A stretch of DNA of 64,000 nucleotides from Candidatus Latescibacterota bacterium (GTDB lineage: Bacteria > Latescibacterota > UBA2968). The stretch is taken from positions 4,576,001-4,640,000 of the forward strand of contig OZ242195.1 in NCBI GenBank assembly GCA_965205975.1, read 5' to 3'. The notes below the pieces were generated by a model that ran no database searches, was not told where the DNA came from, and worked only from the letters and a program-made list of their open reading frames with translations. Positions 38,863 to 48,341 of the stretch are shown piece after piece (position 1 is the stretch's first letter; each line of letters opens with the position of its first letter). A program made the translations under genes and the position numbers.

Positions 38863-41800
38863 TGAAAGTGCAAGAGGATATGATGAATTTACGGAGATGG
38901 ATAATTATTTTTGCAGGGGGTGTGATAGGCCTGGTCAATGCGGCGATGGCACAGAATACACCATGGCGCTATGATTTTGAGGCGTTGTCAGGGGCCTATC
39001 GAGCAGATGCAGGCAGTCAGGTTTCGCTTTCGACGAGGCGTTACAAATGGGGCGCGCAATCCCTGAAGTGGGAATGGCAGAATAATGGATGGCTTGTGTT
39101 CACGGATCCCGCGCCGGGACGTAGCGACGCTTTGACCGGGTTTCGAGCGTGGGTGTACAACGAGGAGGCACTCGATGAGAAGCTGATCTTTGCATTTGGC
39201 ACGGAATCCGAATTGGCGACAAACAATCCGCGCTATCAGTTCGAGTTTGGCTTGAATTTTACGGGCTGGCGGACGATGTGGATCCATTTCGAAGAGGATG
39301 CGCGGAACAGTGCTTATAGGGGTGCGGCAGATGGGCGTGTGACGGCGTTTGAGATCCGTGCGTCGAATAGTGGGACTGTGTATCTGGATTTGATGGAGTT
39401 GGTGGAGAGAATTCACCACAGGCGGTCTGCTGACGCACAGGTTCCCTTTGTCAATGCAAATATAGCAGATAGAACTCGCGAATATCGGTGGCGTAGAAAC
39501 AGATTGCCAGGTCCGCTTCTTTCTCGGATTACCAATGGTGAGAGGCTGGCTTTTGAGACGATTGCGGCGCGATATGAGGCATGGGTGTTCGGCAACAGGG
39601 TAAAGGATGATCAGCGGGAGCCCGTGAGGATTCGGCTCAATGAGCTTGAGGATTACATAAGGCGCGGGTATAGCAATCTGGCAGATTACGAGATTCGACG
39701 CGAGGATGACCGCATTATAGGAAACCCCCTGTTTGCGGCGCGGTCGCCCTATACCCCTTCTTTTCAGAGTGTTTTTCAGGGGGTTTTGTTGCGTCTGGTG
39801 CTGGATTATCGGTTGAATGGCAATGAGGAGGCCAAAGATCGCGTGATAGATCTCTTCGATTATCTACACGATCAGGGGTGGGCAGATGGCAGTGGTATTG
39901 GCGCGTTGCACCACGAGTTTTTGCGGATTGCTGGCTATGCTCATGCGGTGTATTTGATGCGTGATATTCTGGGGGATACACAGCGGCTGGAACGGGAGTT
40001 AGCGAGTTTGAAATGGTATAGTATGTTTGGCGAGTTGTATGAACAGACCTGGGATCCGGGCACGAATGCGGATTTTTTGCGTTCGGTGGCGATGTATCGG
40101 TTGTTGTGTATTTTGATGATGGACGATTCGCCCGAGAAGGTGGCGAATATGCGCCGCTATGTTGTATGGCTCAACAATGCGCTATCTATTGCGCCGGGGT
40201 GGTTGGATACGATTAAGCCAGATTTTGTGGGGTTTCACCATCGGGGTATCTATGCCAATGCGTATGCGCCACACGCTTTTCACGTGGCTTCTGTTCTGGT
40301 GTATTTGTTGCACGATACGCCTTTTGCAGTTGCAGATGATAAGCGCAATAATTTGAAGCAGGCGCTGTTGACGGCGAGGGTGATGGCGAATACGTATGAT
40401 ATTTCAACAGCTATCGGTGGTCGCTTTCCGCTCAATACGACGGTAACCGATGATCTTTTGCCAGCATATATGTATATGGCTTTGGGTTATCCTGCGGTGG
40501 ATGCGGAGTTGTCTGGTGCGTTTATGCAGCTTTGGAAGCCGAAGTCGCAGTTGTTGATCGAAGGTTTGTTCGAACAAGCATCTGCAGGAATCTTGTATTT
40601 GCATACGCCTGGTGCCGCGCAAATGATGGCGGATTTTGCAGAGGCAGGGCATCTTCCTGCTGCTCCGCCTTCGGGGCACTGGACGCTGCCTTATGGCGCG
40701 CTGTCCATTCATCGGCGTGGGGACTGGATGGTGAGTATGAAGGGGTGGAGCAAGTACGTGTGGGATTACGAGTCGTCAAATAGCGGGGAAAATCAACTCG
40801 GTCGTTATTTGAGCTATGGTTCGATGCTGATTTACAGCAGTGGCGATCCTGTTGGCCGCGAGGCGAGTGGGATTGTTCGGGATGGGTGGGATTGGAGTAT
40901 GTGGCCGGGTACGACGGTGATTCGCTTGAGTCATGCGCAGCTCAAGCACGAGGGACGGGATCGCAATTTTTCGGATGAGACTTTTGTGGGTGGGGTGAAT
41001 ATGGGAGGAAAAAATGGCGTGTTTGCGCTGAAGTTGCACGATACGAGGTTCAATACGAGTTTTCGGGCGGTTAAGACGGTGTTCTGTTTTGACGATGTGT
41101 TGGTCTGCTTGGGGTCTGGTATTGAGAATGATGATGGGGGGCCTGCGACGGTGACGCCGTTGTTTCAAGCGGCTATTTCTGAGGACCGTCCTACGGAGGT
41201 AAATGGGGAGCGTGTAGGTGCGATTCCATACATGTTTGCAGGGACCGCGGGACAGAGGACCTGGCTGATGGATTCAAGGGGGAATGGGTATGTGATTCCA
41301 GATGGGGGCGATTTGCGGGTGCAGCGTCAGGTGCAAGCTCCTGGAGATTTTGGTTATGATAGCGGTGGTACAGGAACTTTTGAATTGGCGTATCTGGATC
41401 ACGGCCCCATGCCTCGTGGTGCGTCATATCACTATGCCGTGCTGGTTCAGGGGTCGCCGGATAGGGTAAGCGCGTTTGCCAATGCACCCCAGTATGATGT
41501 GTGGCAGCAAGATCGTTATGCCCATATCGTGAATCATGTCGGGATGAAAATGACGGGCTATGCGTTGTTTGACAGGGGTGCAAGGCCAACAGGTGGTCCG
41601 ATTGTGTCTGTGTCTTTGCCGAGTTTGGTTATGACCCACGAGGTAGGTAATGGGTTATTGGTTTCGGTTGCGGACCCGGATTTTGGTTGGAGTTGGGAGA
41701 TCCAGACGCCGCATCGGCAAGATGGTTCGCTAATTGTCAATCAGGCGAGTGAGCCCCGGAAAGTAGAGGTGACAGTGCGCGGAAAATGGTGCTTGGACCA

Positions 41801-42146
41801 GTCCTATGACCTGGTAGAGATTGTAGAGGAAAGCGAGGATCAGACGGTTATGGCGTTTATCTGTCAGGATGGCAAGACCGTAGAAGTGAAACTGATTGGG
41901 GCAGATGTCAGTTTTAAAAGTCCGGATTTTGATGGAAATGGTGTGGTCGGGATCGCGGATTTTTTGCTATTTGTCAACCACTTTGGTCTGTCGGAGGGGG
42001 ATGCGGGTTTTGACGCAAAATACGATCTGGATGGCAATGGCATAGTGGGGATAAGCGATTTTCTGATTTTTGTAGAGGGATTTGGCAAGCCGGTGAGCGG
42101 AAAACCAGTGGCTCTCCGAAATGGGAGCGAAAAATTGGGGTCGTGA
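38859..42146 (+). CDS. Chondroitin ABC lyase-like polysaccharide lyase (PL8) with C-terminal dockerin/EF-hand-like module (start may be 38880)
   Basis: LNFTGWR, DQGWADGS, GFHHRGIYANAY, GGRFP, GWDWSMWPGTT; C-terminal DFDGNGVVGIADF repeat. Confidence 0.87.
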   Translation: MMKVQEDMMNLRRWIIIFAGGVIGLVNAAMAQNTPWRYDFEALSGAYRADAGSQVSLSTRRYKWGAQSLKWEWQNNGWLVFTDPAPGRSDALTGFRAWVYNEEALDEKLIFAFGTESELATNNPRYQFEFGLNFTGWRTMWIHFEEDARNSAYRGAADGRVTAFEIRASNSGTVYLDLMELVERIHHRRSADAQVPFVNANIADRTREYRWRRNRLPGPLLSRITNGERLAFETIAARYEAWVFGNRVKDDQREPVRIRLNELEDYIRRGYSNLADYEIRREDDRIIGNPLFAARSPYTPSFQSVFQGVLLRLVLDYRLNGNEEAKDRVIDLFDYLHDQGWADGSGIGALHHEFLRIAGYAHAVYLMRDILGDTQRLERELASLKWYSMFGELYEQTWDPGTNADFLRSVAMYRLLCILMMDDSPEKVANMRRYVVWLNNALSIAPGWLDTIKPDFVGFHHRGIYANAYAPHAFHVASVLVYLLHDTPFAVADDKRNNLKQALLTARVMANTYDISTAIGGRFPLNTTVTDDLLPAYMYMALGYPAVDAELSGAFMQLWKPKSQLLIEGLFEQASAGILYLHTPGAAQMMADFAEAGHLPAAPPSGHWTLPYGALSIHRRGDWMVSMKGWSKYVWDYESSNSGENQLGRYLSYGSMLIYSSGDPVGREASGIVRDGWDWSMWPGTTVIRLSHAQLKHEGRDRNFSDETFVGGVNMGGKNGVFALKLHDTRFNTSFRAVKTVFCFDDVLVCLGSGIENDDGGPATVTPLFQAAISEDRPTEVNGERVGAIPYMFAGTAGQRTWLMDSRGNGYVIPDGGDLRVQRQVQAPGDFGYDSGGTGTFELAYLDHGPMPRGASYHYAVLVQGSPDRVSAFANAPQYDVWQQDRYAHIVNHVGMKMTGYALFDRGARPTGGPIVSVSLPSLVMTHEVGNGLLVSVADPDFGWSWEIQTPHRQDGSLIVNQASEPRKVEVTVRGKWCLDQSYDLVEIVEESEDQTVMAFICQDGKTVEVKLIGADVSFKSPDFDGNGVVGIADFLLFVNHFGLSEGDAGFDAKYDLDGNGIVGISDFLIFVEGFGKPVSGKPVALRNGSEKLGS

Positions 42147-42163
42147 TAGTTTGCTGGTATAAC

Positions 42164-42197
42164 AAAAAAGCCGCCACACAATGTGGCGGCTTTTTTT
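42164..42197. terminator. Bidirectional terminator
   Basis: A6 GCCGCCACA/TGTGGCGGC T7. Confidence 0.9.
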
Positions 42198-42474
42198 ATT
42201 CCTTAGAATGCGATTTGTCCCAGATGGGTTTTACTTTTTCGATGACTTCAGCATCGGTCGGGCTGGATGCGACGATGTTCGTAAATTCTTCAGCTTCAAC
42301 TCCGAGTTCCTCCAGGAACTTTCTGTCAGCTGGTCACGGATAGACGTAGTCACCGATGCAGCCTCGCAATTTGGCGCGGGCTTTATCTGTAATGCGCGGG
42401 AGCCAGGGCATGTCGCCCATGTAAAGCTGACGGCTGCGCGGTCTAAAATCAACAGCGGAACTGAGTTTGTCCAT
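42196..42474 (-). CDS. DUF5069-like protein, probable selenoprotein (UGA codon 47)
   Basis: GAAGGAGG RBS; MDKLSSAVDFRPRSRQLYMGDMPWLPRITDKARAKLRGCIGDYVYP-U-PADRKFLEELGVEAEEFTNIVASSPTDAEVIEKVKPIWDKSHSKE*; SECIS-like hairpin. Confidence 0.8.
42297..42333 (-). promoter_or_regulatory. Candidate bacterial SECIS element
   Basis: Immediately 3' of UGA: lower stem CAGCU/AGUUG, upper stem AGUUCC/GGAACU, loop UGGA at +20 to +23. Confidence 0.65.
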
Positions 42475-42572
42475 TGATTCCTCCTTCAGGTATAATGGCT
42501 TTTACATGTCATAACATAGTGATTTTGCCAGTGAATAGCAAGTTAGAAAGTGGGGCCGCCGGTGGAATAAGA

Positions 42573-43652
42573 TCATATAAATTCTCGCAGATTGATTTGC
42601 TTCATACCCTCTTTAATATATTCTAAACTCTCACGATTTGATAAATCCAGTATGGGATGCTCAAAACCAATTTTCTCCGCCAAAATACTTGCTACTTCTT
42701 TAGTCCAGTGGGTCATACTCATTTGAACAATATTGCCATTTATGGCTTCAGCCATTTGGACAATACGACTGCGTTCACCAATTCTATCCACTAAAATAAT
42801 TGTCGACATGTAATGTGTCTGTCTGCCCAATTCTATCTCTCTTTCAAACCTCGATACTTTGTCCAAAGATATCTCTGTATTCCCCGGCCCAATAAAACCA
42901 ATGTCGAATCTTACACCAACGCCTGGTTCGTATAGAAGGGTGGCATCACTCTCTCGTTTTGTCCCTCGGTCAGATAACCAGAAAACTTTGTTGGTCTCAT
43001 CAGTATTTTGTCGATCAATTTTTCGAAAGCCCAATAATGAGAGAAGAGAACCCAATATAAGCTTTTCAAACAACTTGCCATACATTGATTTTTCGGAACC
43101 TCTAATTGCTAATGTTTGAGTGCCAATAGCAGCAAAAAGATAGAGAATGAATGGCCAATCCACCTTGCATTCCACGTCCTGGATTTTCAAAATACCTTCG
43201 AGTTCTCCATAGTCAATTTTACATTTATCCGTAGATTGTTTAAGTGACTCCTCAAGCGCGTTGAGGTAATTATCAAATTCATTATCCCTATTTCTCAATA
43301 CATTCTGGATACTTTTTCCTGTTAGACCGATACACCATTGCAAAAAAAGTTTTCTCTCATTTGGTATTTTTGATCTTAGTTCGGTTTTTACAATCTCCGG
43401 GATCTTATCGACAAAATTCTCAATATCCTGACCAGACCTGAGAAAAGTCACAAATAGTGCTGCATTTGAAAGCGTCAATCTTCTCCGGGTCAACCCCTCG
43501 GTTAAAGAACGGATATTCCCACCGCACAGGACAGAGGTCACAACTTCTACAACGATATCCTCACCAATCCTGTCAATTACTTCAACACCTCGATACCTTG
43601 CCAGAGATTCACCAATACGAGGGATATTTTGCGATATTGTCTCATAAAACAT
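42573..43652 (-). CDS. Type II restriction endonuclease, CfrBI-like
   Basis: GGNIRSLTE.LTRRR, IRGSEKSMYGKLFEK, RESDATL..RFDIGFIG.GNTEISLDK; AT-rich; downstream of MTase. Confidence 0.78.
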   Translation of the reverse strand: MFYETISQNIPRIGESLARYRGVEVIDRIGEDIVVEVVTSVLCGGNIRSLTEGLTRRRLTLSNAALFVTFLRSGQDIENFVDKIPEIVKTELRSKIPNERKLFLQWCIGLTGKSIQNVLRNRDNEFDNYLNALEESLKQSTDKCKIDYGELEGILKIQDVECKVDWPFILYLFAAIGTQTLAIRGSEKSMYGKLFEKLILGSLLSLLGFRKIDRQNTDETNKVFWLSDRGTKRESDATLLYEPGVGVRFDIGFIGPGNTEISLDKVSRFEREIELGRQTHYMSTIILVDRIGERSRIVQMAEAINGNIVQMSMTHWTKEVASILAEKIGFEHPILDLSNRESLEYIKEGMKQINLREFI

Positions 43653-43666
43653 TGGTTTCTCCGGTT

Positions 43667-44857
43667 CTAAAATTCAATATAGTGTTTGATGGGTGCGACT
43701 GGTTCACAGTTTATCCAATTCACCTCTTCAACTTCCTGCCGCAACCAGCTCTCAATATTCTTCTTAATTTCATTAACATAGTCTTCATTGATTTCAAATA
43801 ACACAAATCTTCTATTGAGTTTGGAGGCAGCTTGCCCAACTGTGCCAATGCCCGCAAAGGGATCGAGAATGACATCATCCTTAAACGAATAGTACCGAAT
43901 CACTTTCTCAGCAAGCTCTAAGGGGAATATTGCTGGATGTTTTTTGCTGTGAGCAGGATGAATTTTCCAGATATTGGTTACTTCATACCCATCATCAATT
44001 CGAGATTCTTTAACTCGTTTTTGATCTGGATGTTTTCTGATATGCCAATCAATCAATTTATCCGTGCTCTTCCGATAGACCAAAATATATTCTGTTATAG
44101 GGACAGATTTGTATTGCAACGGATTCCTGTCAGCCGAAAATCTTCTGCCTCGTCCGGTTGCCCAACCAGCACCTTCCGGTTTCACCCATATTATATCATC
44201 GATAAACTCAAATCCTTCTTCAATAAAAATTCTATGAATATCAAAAGGCACTGCTATTCTCTTAGAAGATTCGTTTCGACTTGCTCTGCGAATCAACACA
44301 GGCGCTATGTTTATGACAAAAAACCGTCCTTCATTTAGAACCCGATGACACTGATGTATGATTTTTCTCATTTTGAGTAAGTATTCGTCGTATTGAATGT
44401 AATCCGAATATTCAGGCCGAGCATTATAGTAAGGAGGAGATGTGAAGACGAGATCAACCGATTCAGATGGTGTCTCCGAAAGTAGTTCTTCACTATCTCC
44501 CAAACCAACCGAATTCCTCAGATTTGAAATTTTAGGTACGCCAGCTTTCTTTCTTTTTTTCGTTTTACCGTTTGTGCGTCCGAGCAATCTTGCTTCTAAG
44601 ACCTCCTTTTGAGTTGTCTTTGGTTCTTGTATCAAACTCGTATATGCATCAATTACTATCTCACCTATCTTATTGTTATCTTTACCCTTTAAGGGCACTC
44701 GCCAGAGATGGTATCGGTCATCTACTTCTGGCAGTCCAAACTCTATTGCCTTGTTAAGATCGATATTTTGCAGATAATTAGTGGAAATTTGTTTCGCATC
44801 CTCAACATTTTTCACGCGATATTTCCGCTGATCGTAAACGGTTATTTTTTTCCCCAT
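43667..44857 (-). CDS. N4-cytosine DNA methyltransferase (beta class)
   Basis: DLVFTSPPY precedes HPAIFP and [18 protein letters not shown] before MGKK. Confidence 0.9.
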   Translation of the reverse strand: MGKKITVYDQRKYRVKNVEDAKQISTNYLQNIDLNKAIEFGLPEVDDRYHLWRVPLKGKDNNKIGEIVIDAYTSLIQEPKTTQKEVLEARLLGRTNGKTKKRKKAGVPKISNLRNSVGLGDSEELLSETPSESVDLVFTSPPYYNARPEYSDYIQYDEYLLKMRKIIHQCHRVLNEGRFFVINIAPVLIRRASRNESSKRIAVPFDIHRIFIEEGFEFIDDIIWVKPEGAGWATGRGRRFSADRNPLQYKSVPITEYILVYRKSTDKLIDWHIRKHPDQKRVKESRIDDGYEVTNIWKIHPAHSKKHPAIFPLELAEKVIRYYSFKDDVILDPFAGIGTVGQAASKLNRRFVLFEINEDYVNEIKKNIESWLRQEVEEVNWINCEPVAPIKHYIEF

Positions 44858-45033
44858 AACATCTCCAATCATTCTACGAGCACAAATTAAGGAATGTTTT
44901 TTAGATATAGTCAATTTACCGAGGAAAACAAGGATTTTTTGCACTTTGCTATACTTTGAACAAGCTGTGTACAACTTCTCAAGAAGTTCATTTGGAGGAG
45001 GTAATGGATCGCATTATTCAACTTTATGACAAT

Positions 45034-45603
45034 CTATTTTACGGTGTATGTACTCAGTGTTGTGTCGCCGTATTTTTTTTGTCGAGAGAGGGTGAAGTTG
45101 GAAAAGGGTTTGGGGAGTGTTGTTTGAGAGGCGTGTTGGACGAGGATGCGGGCGTTGGGCGCGAGTATCGGCGTTGTTGCGAGGCGGGTGAGTATGGCGC
45201 AGGACATGGGTTGTCCGTCTAATTGCTGGTTATAGGGGGGGTCGAGGTAGATGATGTCGAATAGGGCATTTGAATGTGCGAGTTGAGGCAGGAGTTTTTG
45301 CGCGGGTCGCGCATAAAGCTGGATGCGGTCGTTGAGATGCCAATTGTCTATAAGCTGTGCGATGAAGCGGTTGCAGCGGCGGTCGGGCTCATTGATGACC
45401 ACCTGCGCACCGCGGCTACAGGCTTCGAAGCCGATTTGACCAGAGCAGGAGAAGAGGTCGAGGAAATATTTGCCGCAGAGGATTTCGCCGAGGGAAGAGA
45501 ATACAGCTTTTTTGACAAAGTCGGATGTGACGCGGGCATTGCCGTATTTTTTGTTGTTAAAGGGGATGCGGCGACCCTTAAATTCGCCAGCGATGATGCG
45601 CAT
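45034..45603 (-). CDS. rsmD: 16S rRNA m2G966 methyltransferase RsmD-like
   Basis: MRIIAGEFKGRRI, LDLFSCSG, DIIYLDPPY, KKYGDT. Confidence 0.88.
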   Translation of the reverse strand: MRIIAGEFKGRRIPFNNKKYGNARVTSDFVKKAVFSSLGEILCGKYFLDLFSCSGQIGFEACSRGAQVVINEPDRRCNRFIAQLIDNWHLNDRIQLYARPAQKLLPQLAHSNALFDIIYLDPPYNQQLDGQPMSCAILTRLATTPILAPNARILVQHASQTTLPKPFSNFTLSRQKKYGDTTLSTYTVK

Positions 45604-45614
45604 AAGAGCGTGTT

Positions 45615-48098
45615 TTAATTCCCATACCGGAAGCGCACTTCGCGTTCTATGCTCTTGCCACTGATCAGGTCGGTTACGATGATTTCGAGTGCGTTGACAC
45701 CGGGTCTGACTTTGTTGAGTACGATTTCGACGTATTCGCGCTCGTCGGCGTCGCGTCCGGTGCGTTCGTTGGTGATGGCCACCTGAGGTTTGCTGGTTCT
45801 AAAGATGGTGCGCAACCCCGTGGCTACAGCGCCAAATACGCCAACGGCAGGCATGGCACTGGAGCGAATGCGGTATTCGGTTTTGTAGCGGGTTTGTCCA
45901 AAGGTATCTTTGGTCAGATTGTAGATTTCAAAGTAGGCATAGACATTTTGCGTTGCGGCATAATTGCGCGTGGGAATGGGAATGATCCACACATCTTCTT
46001 TTTGGAATTTTGTCGCGCCTTCTTCCGCAATGTTCGAAGCCAGTTGAATTTCGCTAACTTGAAGCTCTGGGATCTGGTAGTCTCTGACTTCGAGTTCTTG
46101 CCGGTAGAGTCCGGTGCGTCCAGAGATGAGGTCTTTCATTTGTACTTGAAGTTCGTATTTGCCAGGCGGTACCTGTGTCTTGATGATTTCAGGCACAAAA
46201 GCACCCTGTTCAGTTGCGTTGGGTACTTGTGTGCCGCGATACGCGAACTCATCGGTTGTGCGATAGATGGATGTGTGACCTTCATTTGCCAGCGCAACGG
46301 CCAATTGCACGTGTATGAAACTCGAATCGGCTTCTTGCTCAATTTCGACCTGCTCGGGCGGAATGCCGTAATAAATCTCGAGATTGGTTTGGCCATCGGG
46401 TCCGCGGAAGTGCGCCAGGTCATAGTAAAAATTGAGTATATCGCCGGGAAGTCCAGGGCGATAAAAGTCGGGCGAAGTCGATACGGCTTGCTGGTAGATG
46501 ACTGCGGGTGTGTGTTCGGTCATGCGGGCGATATAAGCGATGGCTTCGGCATCTTCGGTCGTGGCGTCGGGCAGTGGGGCAAAGTCATAGCGTCCATTGC
46601 CCATTTCGTCGGTGAATGTAATCTCTATGCCCCCATTGAGCTGAATATAGGTCCAGGTTTCCCAGGGCACGGTATCAATTTCATTGCCAATGGTAATGGG
46701 TGCGTATCGGCCAAATTGTAAGCGGGTGTTGAGCTGTCCTGTTTGTTCATCGAGGACGCTTTCGATGGTGCCGTCGCGCTCAAATGGATTGCGCTCAAAA
46801 CCGAGTCTGAAATCCGCAGCTTCGCCGCCTTCGGCCTCGGGGAGTTCGGCCATACCTTCATCGGCAGCTTCGCCGGCTTCTTCGGATGTAAAATTCTCGT
46901 CAGCTGCTATGTCGGAAGGGGAGTCTGGAGTAAAGAGAGAGCCTGTTTCGCGGCTGGTGCGAATGGGAAAGACGGGACCTGTGAAGGTGAAGAAGGCTGC
47001 TTCAGGACCGTAGATGTCAACGGCCATCTGTGTGCGCACGCGCTCTACTTCGGCGGTTTGAACAAAATTGCGGTCATTGGAGCGCGAGCGGTAGTCGGGT
47101 TCGCCATATCGGATATAAACAGCCCCTCGCTCATCCCAAGGATAGACATTGGATGAAAAATAGGTGCGTGCATACCACGTGCGGCGGTAGTGTTCGATGA
47201 CGCGCTCGTTGAGTTTGGTGAGAATGTCGGGGTCGCGCCGTGCCCAGAATTGCTCGCGATATGCCTGTTGTTCGGGTCCCGGTGAGGCGGCGTGGTATTC
47301 CTGGAGTTCTGTATCTGAGGCAACGTAGGCAATATTGGTGTAATGTGCGCGTTCACTACCTTCGGTGTTGGCGAGATAGCGCTCGAAGAGTTCGAGGGCT
47401 TTTTGCGCTTCGTCGTTGTAAAAATAACCCTGTGCAACAATGGGCAAGAGTTGAACGACGTCGGGATTTGTCGTGAGATAGGGAGCAATGTGTTCGCGAA
47501 TTTTGTCAAATGCTTTGGCCTGTACACAGGCTAAACCGAAATAATAGAGGCCCTCGGGATTATCGGGTTCGAGTTCGACGTATTTCTGATAATACTGCAT
47601 GGCCTTGTTGTGGTCTTCTTGAAATCGCTCATAGACTTCGCCGAGCAAGCGATAGGCCGGGCCGTAGTTGGGATCGAGTTTGGTGGCGCGTTTGGCCTCG
47701 CTAATGGCTCTGCGGAAATTGTAATAAGATTGCATTCCCCGCGTGGGTGCTTCGGCATACGTAAGGCCAAGCCCGACATAGGCTTCGACGAGGCTTTTGT
47801 CGAATTTTTTGGCTGTTTTGAAGGCGTCTTCGGCTTCTTTGTATTCTTTCCGTTTGAGATAGATATAACCCAGTTGGGAATACACATGGGCGTCTTCGGG
47901 AAAGTTTTCTAAAATGCGTTGGAGGGTCGCCATGGCCTCGTTGATTTCACCCGCTTGAATCTGACGCTGACCCAGGGCAAACATCGTATTTCGATAGGCT
48001 TTGTCTTGTTGAGGTGTCTCATCTTCTTCTGCAAAAAGAGGCAGCGCAATGCAAGAAGCGCAGCAGACAGCCATCCAGAACCGCAATCCTATTTTCAT
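45615..48098 (-). CDS. Secreted TPR + GWxTD-domain protein (paralogue of 16129)
   Basis: FWARRD...EHYRR...WDERGAVYIRYGEPDYRSRS; start MKIGLR. Confidence 0.85.
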   Translation of the reverse strand: MKIGLRFWMAVCCASCIALPLFAEEDETPQQDKAYRNTMFALGQRQIQAGEINEAMATLQRILENFPEDAHVYSQLGYIYLKRKEYKEAEDAFKTAKKFDKSLVEAYVGLGLTYAEAPTRGMQSYYNFRRAISEAKRATKLDPNYGPAYRLLGEVYERFQEDHNKAMQYYQKYVELEPDNPEGLYYFGLACVQAKAFDKIREHIAPYLTTNPDVVQLLPIVAQGYFYNDEAQKALELFERYLANTEGSERAHYTNIAYVASDTELQEYHAASPGPEQQAYREQFWARRDPDILTKLNERVIEHYRRTWYARTYFSSNVYPWDERGAVYIRYGEPDYRSRSNDRNFVQTAEVERVRTQMAVDIYGPEAAFFTFTGPVFPIRTSRETGSLFTPDSPSDIAADENFTSEEAGEAADEGMAELPEAEGGEAADFRLGFERNPFERDGTIESVLDEQTGQLNTRLQFGRYAPITIGNEIDTVPWETWTYIQLNGGIEITFTDEMGNGRYDFAPLPDATTEDAEAIAYIARMTEHTPAVIYQQAVSTSPDFYRPGLPGDILNFYYDLAHFRGPDGQTNLEIYYGIPPEQVEIEQEADSSFIHVQLAVALANEGHTSIYRTTDEFAYRGTQVPNATEQGAFVPEIIKTQVPPGKYELQVQMKDLISGRTGLYRQELEVRDYQIPELQVSEIQLASNIAEEGATKFQKEDVWIIPIPTRNYAATQNVYAYFEIYNLTKDTFGQTRYKTEYRIRSSAMPAVGVFGAVATGLRTIFRTSKPQVAITNERTGRDADEREYVEIVLNKVRPGVNALEIIVTDLISGKSIEREVRFRYGN

Positions 48099-48341
48099 GG
48101 TATTCTCCCGATGGAAAAGTCGGAGGACCAGATGTGTTTTAGTATTCGTTAAAATATTGTAAGAACAGGTCTTTGTCAATAGGTTCCAAATCAGTTAAAC
48201 ATCGTACATGAGACTATGTTGATAACGCCTGACTGATGGGGCGGTTCCGGTTTTTGTGATTCTGTACTTGACCCTCTGAAAAGAAGAGTCTTATGTTGAA
48301 GCAATGGACAAAAGAGGATCTAAACCATTTAGGGGGATTTA

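Noticed and set aside
42143..42477. ORF-track calls 42143..42343+, 42181..42477+ and 42231..42452-
   Set aside because: Shadow frames without RBS or family motifs; the UGA-containing frame explains the region better.
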